A stretch of 64,000 nucleotides of DNA from Veronia pacifica (GTDB lineage: Bacteria > Pseudomonadota > Gammaproteobacteria > Enterobacterales > Vibrionaceae). Made by a program: the position numbers and the translations under genes. This document shows, one piece after another, positions 19,212 to 28,913 of the stretch. Position 1 is the stretch's first letter. Each line of letters starts with the position of its first letter. The stretch lies in NCBI RefSeq assembly GCF_001707825.1, contig NZ_LYBM01000003.1, positions 146,354 to 210,353 on the forward strand, written 5' to 3'. A model generated the notes under the pieces. That model saw only the letters and a list, made by a program, of their open reading frames with translations. It had not been told where the DNA came from and did not search any database.

Positions 19212-19982
19212 TACTCATTCCCTTTATTGATAATGGTTATCACTTAGATTAATAAAGATGTATTTGAGATGCAACTTATAAAATGATGTAAATCTGTATG
19301 TACTTGATGCGCGGAATGACATCTCACATTTAGACATTATTTACTGATAATTATATATTTATTGAGATCGCTGAGTGTATTAATGGAGTAATTCACACAT
19401 TTTTCTCGATAGTTTTTTCGCAAAAGTAAGTACCTTTATCACTCTCTGGACTTCATCTTTCTTCGGCTGATGTAAGGCGATACTCGCTGTCGGTGGATAG
19501 ATGGGATCTTGAGACATGATGCAAAACTATTTATCTCCATTGAAGAGTATGACGTGATAAAAAATGCTTATAAAAGTGTCGAATTAAATCTCTATAAACC
19601 AAAAAATCAGAAGAAGCTTGAATTAAAAGGGGTTGTAAATTAACTGTTATTATTCAATTTTCAAATAAAAAATTAGTTAATATTAAGATATAGATAAATA
19701 CTTTCCTAAATATCTAGACATCTATTAATGAAAATTCGGATAAATTATAAAAAACAAATAACTTTTATAGTGTGGCATATATTAGTTTTTATAAAACTAA
19801 TAGCATTAATCTTTTTAAACATAAAGTTTATTCTCATAAATAAAGCACTTACTCATAATAACCTGCCATATTTTATTTATGTTTAACAATGAATCAAATA
19901 AGGATAATTATTTTATGAAATAAAAATCATATAATAATTAATTCAACCCAAAATATGAATATATTAATCAAGGAGTAATAAA

Positions 19983-20738
19983 TTGAAAGTTACATGCTTT
20001 ATTTTAAAAAAATTATTTTTTTATTTGTCAGGTTTTATTTTTTTGTTAGGAGTAAATATGAGTGCAAACGCAACAGCAGATAATCAGGTACGAGCGAGTT
20101 ACATTCAATTAACCGCCCAATCTGGTAAAGAAACAGATTTAGCAGATTTCCTTGGTGTTGGTGCTCAGTTAGTCAGTGACACAGAACCTGAGACTTTATT
20201 GTGGTCAGCTCTTCAATCACAAGACAAGAAGACATTGGTTATTTTTGATACCTTCGGGTCTCAGGCTGCTCAAGATGCTCACTTCTCTGGGAAAATCCCA
20301 GAAGCTCTGAGTAGCAAAGCACATGACTTAGTTCAGGGTGGATGGAATAAAGGGGTTGTTCCGAATATAAATAATGCTGATATCATTGCATTTAAAACCA
20401 CGCCCGACGCTGTAAGTAATGTCAAAATTGCTACCTTTATTCCTCTTACTGCTAAGGCTGGTCAAGAAGAAAACCTTGCTAATTTTTTGAAGCAAGGTGC
20501 TCAGATTGTTAAGGATAATGAGCCAGACACACTACATTGGTTTGCTATTCATTTTGGTCAGAACAAATTCGGAATCGTCGATTTTTTCCCGAATCAAGCG
20601 GCTGTTGATCATCATTTTGCAGGTGGCGTAGCTCAGGCCATGCAACAACACGCTGCAACCCTCGTTGAGGGTGGTTGGGAAAACGGTGTTGTCGCTGGAA
20701 TCCAAGCTTTTAGCGTCATTGAGTTTATTAAGCGTTAG
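19983..20738 (+). CDS. tandem ABM (antibiotic biosynthesis monooxygenase-like) domain protein with a predicted N-terminal signal peptide
   Basis: Two ~95-aa ABM-like repeats. A TTG start at 19983 has aggag 7 nt upstream and gives a Sec-type signal ending SANA|TADN. An alternative ATG at 20058 also has aggag. Confidence 0.6.
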   Translation: MKVTCFILKKLFFYLSGFIFLLGVNMSANATADNQVRASYIQLTAQSGKETDLADFLGVGAQLVSDTEPETLLWSALQSQDKKTLVIFDTFGSQAAQDAHFSGKIPEALSSKAHDLVQGGWNKGVVPNINNADIIAFKTTPDAVSNVKIATFIPLTAKAGQEENLANFLKQGAQIVKDNEPDTLHWFAIHFGQNKFGIVDFFPNQAAVDHHFAGGVAQAMQQHAATLVEGGWENGVVAGIQAFSVIEFIKR

Positions 20739-20745
20739 TAAGACA

Positions 20746-20780
20746 CTGACTCCACGAATTTCGTGGAGTCAGCGCTTTTA
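20746..20780 (+). terminator. rho-independent terminator
   Basis: Near-perfect stem ctgactccacgaa / ttcgtggagtcag followed by gcgctttta. It lies between convergent genes. Confidence 0.8.
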
Positions 20781-20874
20781 CATAACATAGGGGTGGCCCC
20801 CGTCCATACAGTCTCAATCATTCACTGACACGTCTTTGAACTTTCCCCTGTACAGCCTTTCTTTGTGCAGCCCT

Positions 20875-22617
20875 TCATGGCGTTGTCACATCAGCTGAAT
20901 TCAGCTTCCAACCATGTGCCTGACGTTCAGCGTTCCACAAAGAATGATAAAGGCCTTGGCTATCGTAGAGTGTCTGATGCTTCCCACGCTCAACAATCAC
21001 ACCATCCTCCAGGACCAAAATCTGGTCAGCATGAACGATGGTACCGAGACGATGGGCGATGATGATCACAGTCTTATTTTCGATGAGCGTACTGAGTGCC
21101 TGTTGAATTTCGTACTCGTTTTCTGGATCGAGTGATGCTGTTGCCTCGTCCAGCAAGACAATTGGAGCATCTTTCAGTACCGCTCTGGCAATAGATAAAC
21201 GTTGTTTTTCCCCGCCGGATAGCGACGCCCCCGCTTCACCGATCACAGTGTCCAGACCATCTGGCAATTGGCAGATAAAGTCCCAGCAACAGGTTGCTTT
21301 ACATACCATCTCTACGCGCTCTCTATCTGGATCCGATATACCTAACGTTAGGTTATTAAAAATGGTGTCCTGAAACAGATAGACATCCTGAAATACCAGA
21401 CTGATATGGTCAGCGAGACATTCGGCGGTCAGATTTTTTATCGGGGTATCACCCATTAATATCTGCCCTTCTGTGGCGTCCCAAAAACGTGCAATCAAGC
21501 TGGTTATTGTTGTCTTTCCGCTACCAGACGGACCGACTAATGCCGTCAGGGTACCCGGTTCACAGCGAAAACTGACTGACCGCAACACGGGTCTGTCTGC
21601 ATATGTGAAACTGACCTTGTCGAATTCGATGCTGGGTTCGAGATCTAAGACTTGTTGACCCTCTGGTAATTCTGGCGCGGAAAGCACGTCTTCAATGCGG
21701 TTCGCAGCCTGCTGCATAAAACTGTATTCCGCAAGGAACATTGCCAGCGCAACCAAGGGCCTGAAAAATCGGCTGGAGACAATCAAAAACAACACCGCAA
21801 CATGGGGCTGTAACTCTCCACCTACATACAGATATACCAAGGTGAGCAGCATGGTCGCGAAACCCAGCTCAACTAGAGTGATAAAACTGAGTGGTGCCAC
21901 GCCAGCCAAAAACTCGTGCTTCAAGCTCATTCTCTGAATCCCTTTTAACTGATCATCCAGTTTTGAGAAACGCTTGCCAGCGAGGTTGTAGGCTTTCAGT
22001 AATTTGATCGAGAGAATGTATTCCATCAATGAGCCAGTCATTTCGGCGACTTTGTCCAGTAACTTCCTACTCAACAAAGCACCGGCTTTTTTGAGTGCAA
22101 TGAACACCACAATGGCCAGAGGCAAACCGATACACATCGCCACACTTAACCGCCAGTCTTCGACGGTCAGCCCTATCACTACCAGTGCTACCAGACTGGT
22201 AGTCACGATTAACTGAGAAAATAAGTGTGAATAGATTTGCTCAGTGAAAGTTACATCTTGCAGCATAGTCGCATTCAGGCGGCCGGGGTCCACTTTGAGT
22301 AAGTAGCCCATAGGGACTTTCTTTAGCTTTGAGGCGAGGTTGCGTCGTATATCGAGTCCAGCGTCGTATCCAAGGCCATGATTACTGACCATTACGTGGC
22401 GGGCGACGACTACACGCACCGCAAACAGCAACGTCATTATGCCGCAACACGTCCATATGTACGCGAAGTCTGGCACAGCAGAAAACATCTCTTTTATCAC
22501 CAAATAAACAAAGACAAAGGGAATTCCGACTAACAGTGCTTCGATGAAACCCAACAGGATATTTTGGGCCAATCCTTCGTTTTGCTTTCCGGTGAGAACT
22601 TTCATTTGATTAAGCAT
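20875..22617 (-). CDS. ABC transporter fused permease/ATP-binding protein, second subunit of a heterodimer (YbtQ/IrtB-like)
   Basis: Six-TM region plus NBD (GPSGSGKTT, LSGGEKQRLSIARA, IVLLDEATSALD). Start set at MLNQMKV, 2 nt after the upstream stop. The longer in-frame ORF to 22734 would overlap the upstream gene. Confidence 0.8.
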   Translation of the reverse strand: MLNQMKVLTGKQNEGLAQNILLGFIEALLVGIPFVFVYLVIKEMFSAVPDFAYIWTCCGIMTLLFAVRVVVARHVMVSNHGLGYDAGLDIRRNLASKLKKVPMGYLLKVDPGRLNATMLQDVTFTEQIYSHLFSQLIVTTSLVALVVIGLTVEDWRLSVAMCIGLPLAIVVFIALKKAGALLSRKLLDKVAEMTGSLMEYILSIKLLKAYNLAGKRFSKLDDQLKGIQRMSLKHEFLAGVAPLSFITLVELGFATMLLTLVYLYVGGELQPHVAVLFLIVSSRFFRPLVALAMFLAEYSFMQQAANRIEDVLSAPELPEGQQVLDLEPSIEFDKVSFTYADRPVLRSVSFRCEPGTLTALVGPSGSGKTTITSLIARFWDATEGQILMGDTPIKNLTAECLADHISLVFQDVYLFQDTIFNNLTLGISDPDRERVEMVCKATCCWDFICQLPDGLDTVIGEAGASLSGGEKQRLSIARAVLKDAPIVLLDEATASLDPENEYEIQQALSTLIENKTVIIIAHRLGTIVHADQILVLEDGVIVERGKHQTLYDSQGLYHSLWNAERQAHGWKLNSADVTTP

Positions 22618-24382
22618 CGGCAGGCTCCCTTTCCTTTGTTGACACATTCCATTCACGAGACGCCTGATGCGATTGCCACATACTTTGGTAAACCGGGCAT
22701 GCCTGGACGAGCGCTTCATGCGTGCCATGGCCAACCAGAGCGCCTTTGTCCATCACAAGGATTGAATCAGCATCCACAATGGTGGAGAGTCGGTGGGCAA
22801 TCACGATCACGGTTTTATCTTTGATGAGTGAAGATAACGCTGACTGAATTAAGGCTTGGTTGTTCGCATCCGCAAATGCCGTTGCCTCATCCAGAATGAG
22901 AATGGGTGCATCCTTTAACATCGCACGGGCAATCGCTAAACGTTGTTTTTCACCGCCACTGAGAAAGACACCCTCTCCCAGTATGGTTTGATAGCCATGT
23001 GGCAACGCCATAATAAACTCGTGTGCCTGAGCGGCTTTGGCGGCATGAACGACTCTATCCTCTGATGCATCGCTACCCATGGCGATATTGTCATATACAG
23101 TTTGGCTCAGAATGATGCTTTCTTGAAAAACATACGCGGTATTTTCCATCAGATAAGGCGTGGATAATGAGGTGATTGGTTTTCCGCCAATCAAAATATC
23201 ACCCTGTTCAATATCCCAGAATCTTGCCACCAGCATTGCCAGCGTTGATTTTCCTGAACCTGAGGGGCCGACAACAGCGTTCAATGTTCCTTGCTTGAGG
23301 GAGAAAGAAACATTATCAAGTGCCAGACGCGACGTATCATCATAGCGAAAGCTGACCTTGTCGAACTCGATACCAAACTCTGAAAGCGTTTCGCTTTTAT
23401 CAGGCTCGGATAAAGGGGGACGACTTATCAACGCTTGTAACCGGTTCACCCCCTCAAAAATCTGATTGAGGTATGCCGTAAACATGGTCAGGTTATACAA
23501 CGGCTCCATCATACCGACACCAAGCAAAATACAAAGAGTGAAGCTGGCAATATCAAGCGTTCCCTGAGACCAGAAGTAAACCCCAAGGGGAAGCAACACC
23601 ACTAATCCACTATCCAATAGCGTCTTAAACGCAGCAAATGGCCAACCCGCCTCCTTCGTCCACTGCACCACCACATGATGGTAGTGACTCAAACTGGCCG
23701 TGAACAACTTGTGTGGCCTTCCGCCAGCGTTAAATGCCCTGATCACCGGCATTGCGCGCACATATTCGGTAATACTGGTATTCAGGCTCTCCAGTGCATC
23801 ATGGTAGTGACGAGATTTTTCCTCGAATCCTTTGTACATCGACATTTGACTGAAAATAGCCAGAGGGATAGGGATTAATGCCGCCAATGCCATTCGCACA
23901 TCAATAAACAGCAGAAATATAAAAACAGCGAAGGGGGTGATCAGCGATGTCACGAAATCAGAAATATGGTGCGCAACAAACAACTCAACGCGATCAATAT
24001 CTTCAGATAGGATCTTCTTGATCTCACCAGAACTTTTCTGGCTGAAAAATCCCATTGGTAACCGAGCCATATGCCCCAGTGCCAGAGTGCGAATGTTATA
24101 CTGAATCGCAAACGCAGACTTATGAGACAGCATAATCGCAATAAACAGTAAGGCGTATCGGGCTACCATAAAACATAGTGCCAGCGCCGCCCACTGCCAC
24201 ACTTGTGAGGCATCAAACCGGGGACTTAAAAGTTGCTCGAGAACAAGATACGCAAAGTAGAAAGGTGCAAGCGCACATAAGGCACTCGCAGCAGACATGA
24301 TGATTGATAAGACAAGCTTTATTTTATGCTCAGCTGAGACGTCAAACAGCCATCGCAAGCTTGCCACTGATTCCTTGTTCAT
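22610..24382 (-). CDS. ABC transporter fused permease/ATP-binding protein, first subunit of a heterodimer (YbtP/IrtA-like)
   Basis: TM domain plus NBD (GPSGSGKSTL, LSGGEKQRLAIARA, ILILDEATAFAD). Confidence 0.82.
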   Translation of the reverse strand: MNKESVASLRWLFDVSAEHKIKLVLSIIMSAASALCALAPFYFAYLVLEQLLSPRFDASQVWQWAALALCFMVARYALLFIAIMLSHKSAFAIQYNIRTLALGHMARLPMGFFSQKSSGEIKKILSEDIDRVELFVAHHISDFVTSLITPFAVFIFLLFIDVRMALAALIPIPLAIFSQMSMYKGFEEKSRHYHDALESLNTSITEYVRAMPVIRAFNAGGRPHKLFTASLSHYHHVVVQWTKEAGWPFAAFKTLLDSGLVVLLPLGVYFWSQGTLDIASFTLCILLGVGMMEPLYNLTMFTAYLNQIFEGVNRLQALISRPPLSEPDKSETLSEFGIEFDKVSFRYDDTSRLALDNVSFSLKQGTLNAVVGPSGSGKSTLAMLVARFWDIEQGDILIGGKPITSLSTPYLMENTAYVFQESIILSQTVYDNIAMGSDASEDRVVHAAKAAQAHEFIMALPHGYQTILGEGVFLSGGEKQRLAIARAMLKDAPILILDEATAFADANNQALIQSALSSLIKDKTVIVIAHRLSTIVDADSILVMDKGALVGHGTHEALVQACPVYQSMWQSHQASREWNVSTKEREPADA

Positions 24383-24530
24383 TCAGTTCCCTCTTATTTT
24401 CCAGATTGGTTCGATTTTGACTGACTGGAAAATAAGAACTACTCAAGGAGGGATAAAATTTATGCGGCACGGATTGGCGCACCCCCACAGCTATTTACAC
24501 TTGCCATCATGAGCAAGGTTACAGGAGGTG

Positions 24531-25517
24531 TCATTGGGTCAATTTCAGATATGCGCTTGGTGTAATGCCAAAATATTTTCTGAATGCCACCGAGAAGTGA
24601 CCATGATTTTGGTAGCCCACTTCACTGGCAGCAGTAATAATCTGACCTCGTTGCTCAAGCAGGATTGTGCGGGCTTTCTCCATCCGCTGTCGATGTAAAC
24701 AACCAAAAGCGGTTTGATTAAATACCTCTTTAAAACCTTGTTTTAGCTTAAAATCGTTCAAACCAACTTCACGAGCAAGTTCAATCAACGACGGTGGCGA
24801 TTCCATTCGGTCAAATAAAATCTCCCTGGCACGGTGAATCTTGCTAATGTCCGCCCTACTCATCCTCCCTGAGCACCGGGGTTTAGGTATCAGTGCTTCC
24901 AATGCTAGTGATATTAGCTGCCAACCCAAATCACGGTATTTCAGGGTATCTGATAACCTCTCAGACGAGCAGAACATCATTTGGTGAGCAATTGCAGTCA
25001 TCTCTTCTGTGCTCTCCACGACATGAAAAAAAGACCGGGGTATATTGAGAAAGGCAGGTGACAAGAGGCGCTCTAATGCTTTGCACTGATAGTTCTCAAT
25101 GAGGGATTGAACAGACTCCAGAGACACATTAACAGAAACCCCTTTAAAACTAGCAGCCTGCGCCCTGGTGTAGCCAGATACATCCTCAGCAAAGTAGATA
25201 ATCACCTTGTTAGGCGAGAGCAAAATACGCTGACCAATAGACTGCATGTAACATTCGCAGCAATCGCCCAAACTCACAAAGATCTTTAACTCTCTCGGAG
25301 AAAATCCGTCACTGCTGTACATCTCGACGCGGCGATTAAAATTGCCATCTATTGTGACTGCATTGATGCCATGATCAAGGCCATACTGGTTGAGTCTGAA
25401 CATACCAAATGACGCATCCAAGCCATAGAAGCCCGTATCGTCGACGGCATTGAACATCTCATCGTGGTCGAACTGAAAGCGGTAGAAATCATCCATGTTA
25501 TTGAGAGTGATTATCAT
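24531..25517 (-). CDS. AraC-family transcriptional regulator (YbtA/PchR-like, siderophore-system type)
   Basis: C-terminal AraC HTH (…AASEVGYQNHGHFSVAFRKYFGITPSAY). It heads the two ABC genes, and a Fur-box-like sequence overlaps its start. Confidence 0.75.
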   Translation of the reverse strand: MIITLNNMDDFYRFQFDHDEMFNAVDDTGFYGLDASFGMFRLNQYGLDHGINAVTIDGNFNRRVEMYSSDGFSPRELKIFVSLGDCCECYMQSIGQRILLSPNKVIIYFAEDVSGYTRAQAASFKGVSVNVSLESVQSLIENYQCKALERLLSPAFLNIPRSFFHVVESTEEMTAIAHQMMFCSSERLSDTLKYRDLGWQLISLALEALIPKPRCSGRMSRADISKIHRAREILFDRMESPPSLIELAREVGLNDFKLKQGFKEVFNQTAFGCLHRQRMEKARTILLEQRGQIITAASEVGYQNHGHFSVAFRKYFGITPSAYLKLTQ

Positions 25518-25537
25518 TAAAATCTGAGATTATCACT
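25501..25537 (-). promoter_or_regulatory. candidate Fur box(es)
   Basis: The minus strand reads AGTGATAATCTCAGATTTTAATGATAATCACTC. The core TAATGATAATCAC matches the Fur consensus GATAATGATAATCATTATC. Confidence 0.5.
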
Positions 25538-25714
25538 CCGCGTCTTTTAGAAACAAGATAAAAATCCACTTTAAAAACCTCTTGTGGATCTTGGTCTCTT
25601 TTCAACTGAATATTAAACACGGGGTGTTTTTAATTATTTATTTCAGGCAAATACCGATTTCACTTGGCATTTTCACACCCCACAAAGGCTTCTACTTTAG
25701 ATATACGATCTCAC

Positions 25715-26968
25715 TCAACACTTCACCGATGGCAAATCCTTCCAACGGGTAGTGTATTGAGGCGATAGAAACTCTCTTCGCATTCCCCACTTTGGTGTAA
25801 TTCCCTGTGCCGCCAAAAAAACCGTACCTTTGCCATAGCGATGATTCAGCCCATCAAATGCTTTCATTAGTGCTGGGTTTCCGGGCTGTTCATCAAACAA
25901 GTCAGGCTGGATATGTTCTGCACTTGCCAAATCTAAGAGTCCAACCCCGACTTTGTAATATTTCACCCCCGACTCGAAGAGCAAAGGAATCAGGTCAGAC
26001 ACAGCGCGGGTGATCACTGCCGTATCGTCGACAGCAAAAGCAAAACGGTGCAACTGTTTAAAGCTTTTAGGGTTGTCGTCATAAGGGGAATTACCCGCGA
26101 ATACCATCAACACCGAGCACACTGACTTTTGTGCCCGTAACTTGGCTGCAGCTATGCCTGCATGCTTACACAAAGCCTGATGTAACGAGACTTCATCTAC
26201 GATTCGCTGTCCCATTGAGCGAGTAGAGAAAATCTGCTGTTTATCAGCACGGGATACGTCCCAACCTTTGCAGACCTCACCGTTGAGTTCACGAACTGTG
26301 CGCTCCATTTCCACATTAAACTCACGACGCATCAGCGCGGGTTTCTGCCGCGACAAAGACAGGGCAGTTTCAATACCTTGCCTCTTGAGCCGCACAGAGA
26401 TTCGGCGGCCAACACCCCAGACATCCTCTACCGCCATCTGCTCCAGGATAGAGAGACGTTGTGACTCCGAATCAAGCACACAGACACCGTCAAACCCCGC
26501 CATTTTTTTTGCCGCATGATTAGCCACTTTGGCCAGCGTCAGAGTCGGCCCCATCCCTACCCCTACTGCCAGCCGACACTCTTTCCAAACCGCCCGACGC
26601 AGGGCCTTTGCGTGTTCTTGTAAATGTGGAATGGCACTGCAGCGGTGAAAAGAAAGAAACGATTCATCAATGGAATACACATGCTGATCCGGTGCAAAAC
26701 GACCGATCACCTGCATCATCTTGTCCGACAAATCACCATACAGTTCATAATTTGACGAACAAACAACCACAGAATTCGCCCGGCAAAGCGCTTGGACCTG
26801 AAAAAAGGGTTTGAATTTCTCTACGCCTATTTCTTTTGCCTGACGGTTGGCAGCCACGACACAACCATCGTTGTTTGATAGCACGACCATTGGTTTTCCT
26901 CGCCAGTCCGGGCGAAAAACCTGCTCGGCACTGCAGTAAAATGCATTGGCATCGACTAGCGCGAACAT
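25715..26968 (-). CDS. umuC: DNA polymerase V catalytic subunit (Y-family)
   Basis: Collinear with E. coli UmuC from MFALVDANAFY through SPQYTTRW. Confidence 0.93.
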   Translation of the reverse strand: MFALVDANAFYCSAEQVFRPDWRGKPMVVLSNNDGCVVAANRQAKEIGVEKFKPFFQVQALCRANSVVVCSSNYELYGDLSDKMMQVIGRFAPDQHVYSIDESFLSFHRCSAIPHLQEHAKALRRAVWKECRLAVGVGMGPTLTLAKVANHAAKKMAGFDGVCVLDSESQRLSILEQMAVEDVWGVGRRISVRLKRQGIETALSLSRQKPALMRREFNVEMERTVRELNGEVCKGWDVSRADKQQIFSTRSMGQRIVDEVSLHQALCKHAGIAAAKLRAQKSVCSVLMVFAGNSPYDDNPKSFKQLHRFAFAVDDTAVITRAVSDLIPLLFESGVKYYKVGVGLLDLASAEHIQPDLFDEQPGNPALMKAFDGLNHRYGKGTVFLAAQGITPKWGMRREFLSPQYTTRWKDLPSVKC

Positions 26969-27363
26969 AGCAACGGGCTCTCACGGTGGCAACGGACAGA
27001 GCGCACGACAACCCCCTCGATGGTAAATGTGTCATGTCGGGTGATTTGTACCGATGTATAGCCGTCGTTGGCAGACAGTAAAAGCCGATGTGTCATATCC
27101 AGCAGTTTGCAAACAAACTCGCCATTGAAGTTAGCTACGATCACGTCTCCATCGCGTGCGCTAACATGCCTGTCAACGATAAGGATATCGCCATCGAAGA
27201 TACCCACCCCCTGCATTGACTCGCCTGACGCACGGCCAATAAAGGTGGCACTGGGATGCTCGACGAGAAGTTCATCAAGGCTTAATGGCAGCTGACGGTA
27301 ATCACCAGCTGGTGATTCGAAACCAGTGATTCCTGCACTGGCAAAAATTGGGATAATATTCAT
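26956..27363 (-). CDS. umuD: DNA polymerase V accessory subunit, LexA-like S24 autopeptidase
   Basis: 135 aa with the S24 serine motif GESM and a Lys dyad. Overlaps umuC by 13 nt. Confidence 0.9.
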   Translation of the reverse strand: MNIIPIFASAGITGFESPAGDYRQLPLSLDELLVEHPSATFIGRASGESMQGVGIFDGDILIVDRHVSARDGDVIVANFNGEFVCKLLDMTHRLLLSANDGYTSVQITRHDTFTIEGVVVRSVRCHRESPLLCSR

Positions 27364-27373
27364 TTTTATAATA

Positions 27374-27389
27374 CTGTTTATTTATACAG
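27374..27389 (-). promoter_or_regulatory. LexA (SOS) box
   Basis: CTGTttatttatACAG has perfect CTGT-N8-ACAG spacing and sits about 12 nt upstream of the umuD ATG. Confidence 0.85.
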
Positions 27390-27668
27390 TATTTATTGTA
27401 TCGCTTTCTGTCTCATTGGCAAGATCCAGCTTTTCTGACAGCAAAGAAAATGAGCATCAGTAGCACTTTATGCTGGTTAGAATGAAAACCATCACTACTC
27501 TCGTGAAACGTATTTTCAATGCCGAACGCAGACAATACTTGGTCAAAAATACGGGCCATAACAGGGAAAAAGTGGGGTTTTGATAGTGATAAGCTGTTAC
27601 CAATCTGACGTTTATGGCAGAAAAAGGGTGAAAAAAGGGGGCTTTTACACTATCATCCTGCCGCCTGA

Positions 27669-27684
27669 GCGCAAGCGTTTGCTT
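27669..27684 (+). promoter_or_regulatory. candidate PurR box upstream of pyrC
   Basis: GCGCAAGCGTTTGCTT matches the PurR consensus ACGCAAACGTTTGCGT at 13 of 16 positions, about 60 nt upstream of the pyrC start. Confidence 0.35.
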
Positions 27685-27746
27685 TTTACCGCACATCCCT
27701 TGCTCACAGGCTTCAATCCGCTTTTATACTATGGAGGGAGGCCTTA

Positions 27747-28774
27747 ATGACCACACTAACAATTACACGCCCTGATGACTGGCATGTCCATCTTCGTGAT
27801 GGAGAGGTACTGGCTGATACGGTCCGCGATATCAGTCGATACAATGGTCGTGCGCTTATCATGCCGAACACTGTCCCTCCTGTTACAAATAGTGAAATGG
27901 CTATCGCCTATCGCAACCGTATTATGGCTGAGCAACCGTCAGCGCACTTCGAACCACTGATGGCTTTATATCTCACGGATAACACAACGCCTGACGATAT
28001 CAGAGAAGCAAAGCGCACTGGTGCAGCTGTGGCAGCAAAGCTTTACCCGGCCGTGCAACCACGAACTCAGACTCAGGTGTTACATCAGTCAAAAATATCT
28101 ATTCAGTATTGGAGACAATGCAGGAAGTCGGCATGTTGTTGCTGGTTCATGGTGAGGTAACCACTCATGATGTTGATATTTTCGACCGCGAAAAAGAGTT
28201 CCTGGATACAGTTCTGGCACCGATAGTGAATGACTTTCCGGGCCTGAAAATTGTTCTTGAACACATTACCACGGCAGACGCGGCAAACTTTGTAAAAAAC
28301 GCCAACGATAATGTCGCCGCTACGATCACTGCTCACCACCTGATGTATAACCGTAACCATATGCTGGTCGGCGGTATCAAACCTCACTTTTACTGCTTAC
28401 CCATACTCAAGCGGAATACGCACCAGAAAGCACTGGTTGAAGCGGCAACCAGTGGCAGCAAGAAGTTTTTCCTGGGAACAGATTCCGCACCCCATGCCAA
28501 GGGGCAAAAAGAATCCGCATGTGGCTGCGCAGGTTCGTACACCGCACATGCGGCATTGGAACTGTATGCCGAAGTATTTGAGCAAGAGGGAAAACTCGAA
28601 CATCTTGAAGCCTTTGCGAGCCATAACGGCCCTGATTTTTATGGTCTTCCACGAAACAGTGATACGGTGACACTCACCAAAGAAGAGTGGGCAGTGCCAG
28701 AAACAATGCCTTTTGGCTCAGATATTGTTGTCCCGATACGCGCAGGCGAGATGCTAAGCTGGAAAGTGAAGTAG
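27747..28774 (+). pseudogene. pyrC: dihydroorotase carrying a -1 frameshift near 28055
   Basis: ORFs 27747..28160 and 28109..28774 are jointly collinear with E. coli PyrC. After LYPA the frame moves to +2, where [39 protein letters not shown] continues the match. Confidence 0.85.
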
Positions 28775-28913
28775 TCTGATTTGCCCGGCAGCAACAGCCG
28801 GGCAGTAACACAAACCGCCAAAAACACGTTAACCTTATTAAGCCACACTGTTTCTTCGCCTCTTCTCTCTCTTCAAAAGCAGTCCATCAAATAACCAACT
28901 TTGGAGTAAGGTT

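Noticed and set aside
20875-22734. Full 619-aa reading of the second ABC gene starting at 22734
   Set aside because: The extra 39 codons (MAMARMKRSSRHARF…) overlap the upstream ABC gene and look like out-of-frame translation. The start was set at MLNQMKV, 2 nt after the upstream stop.
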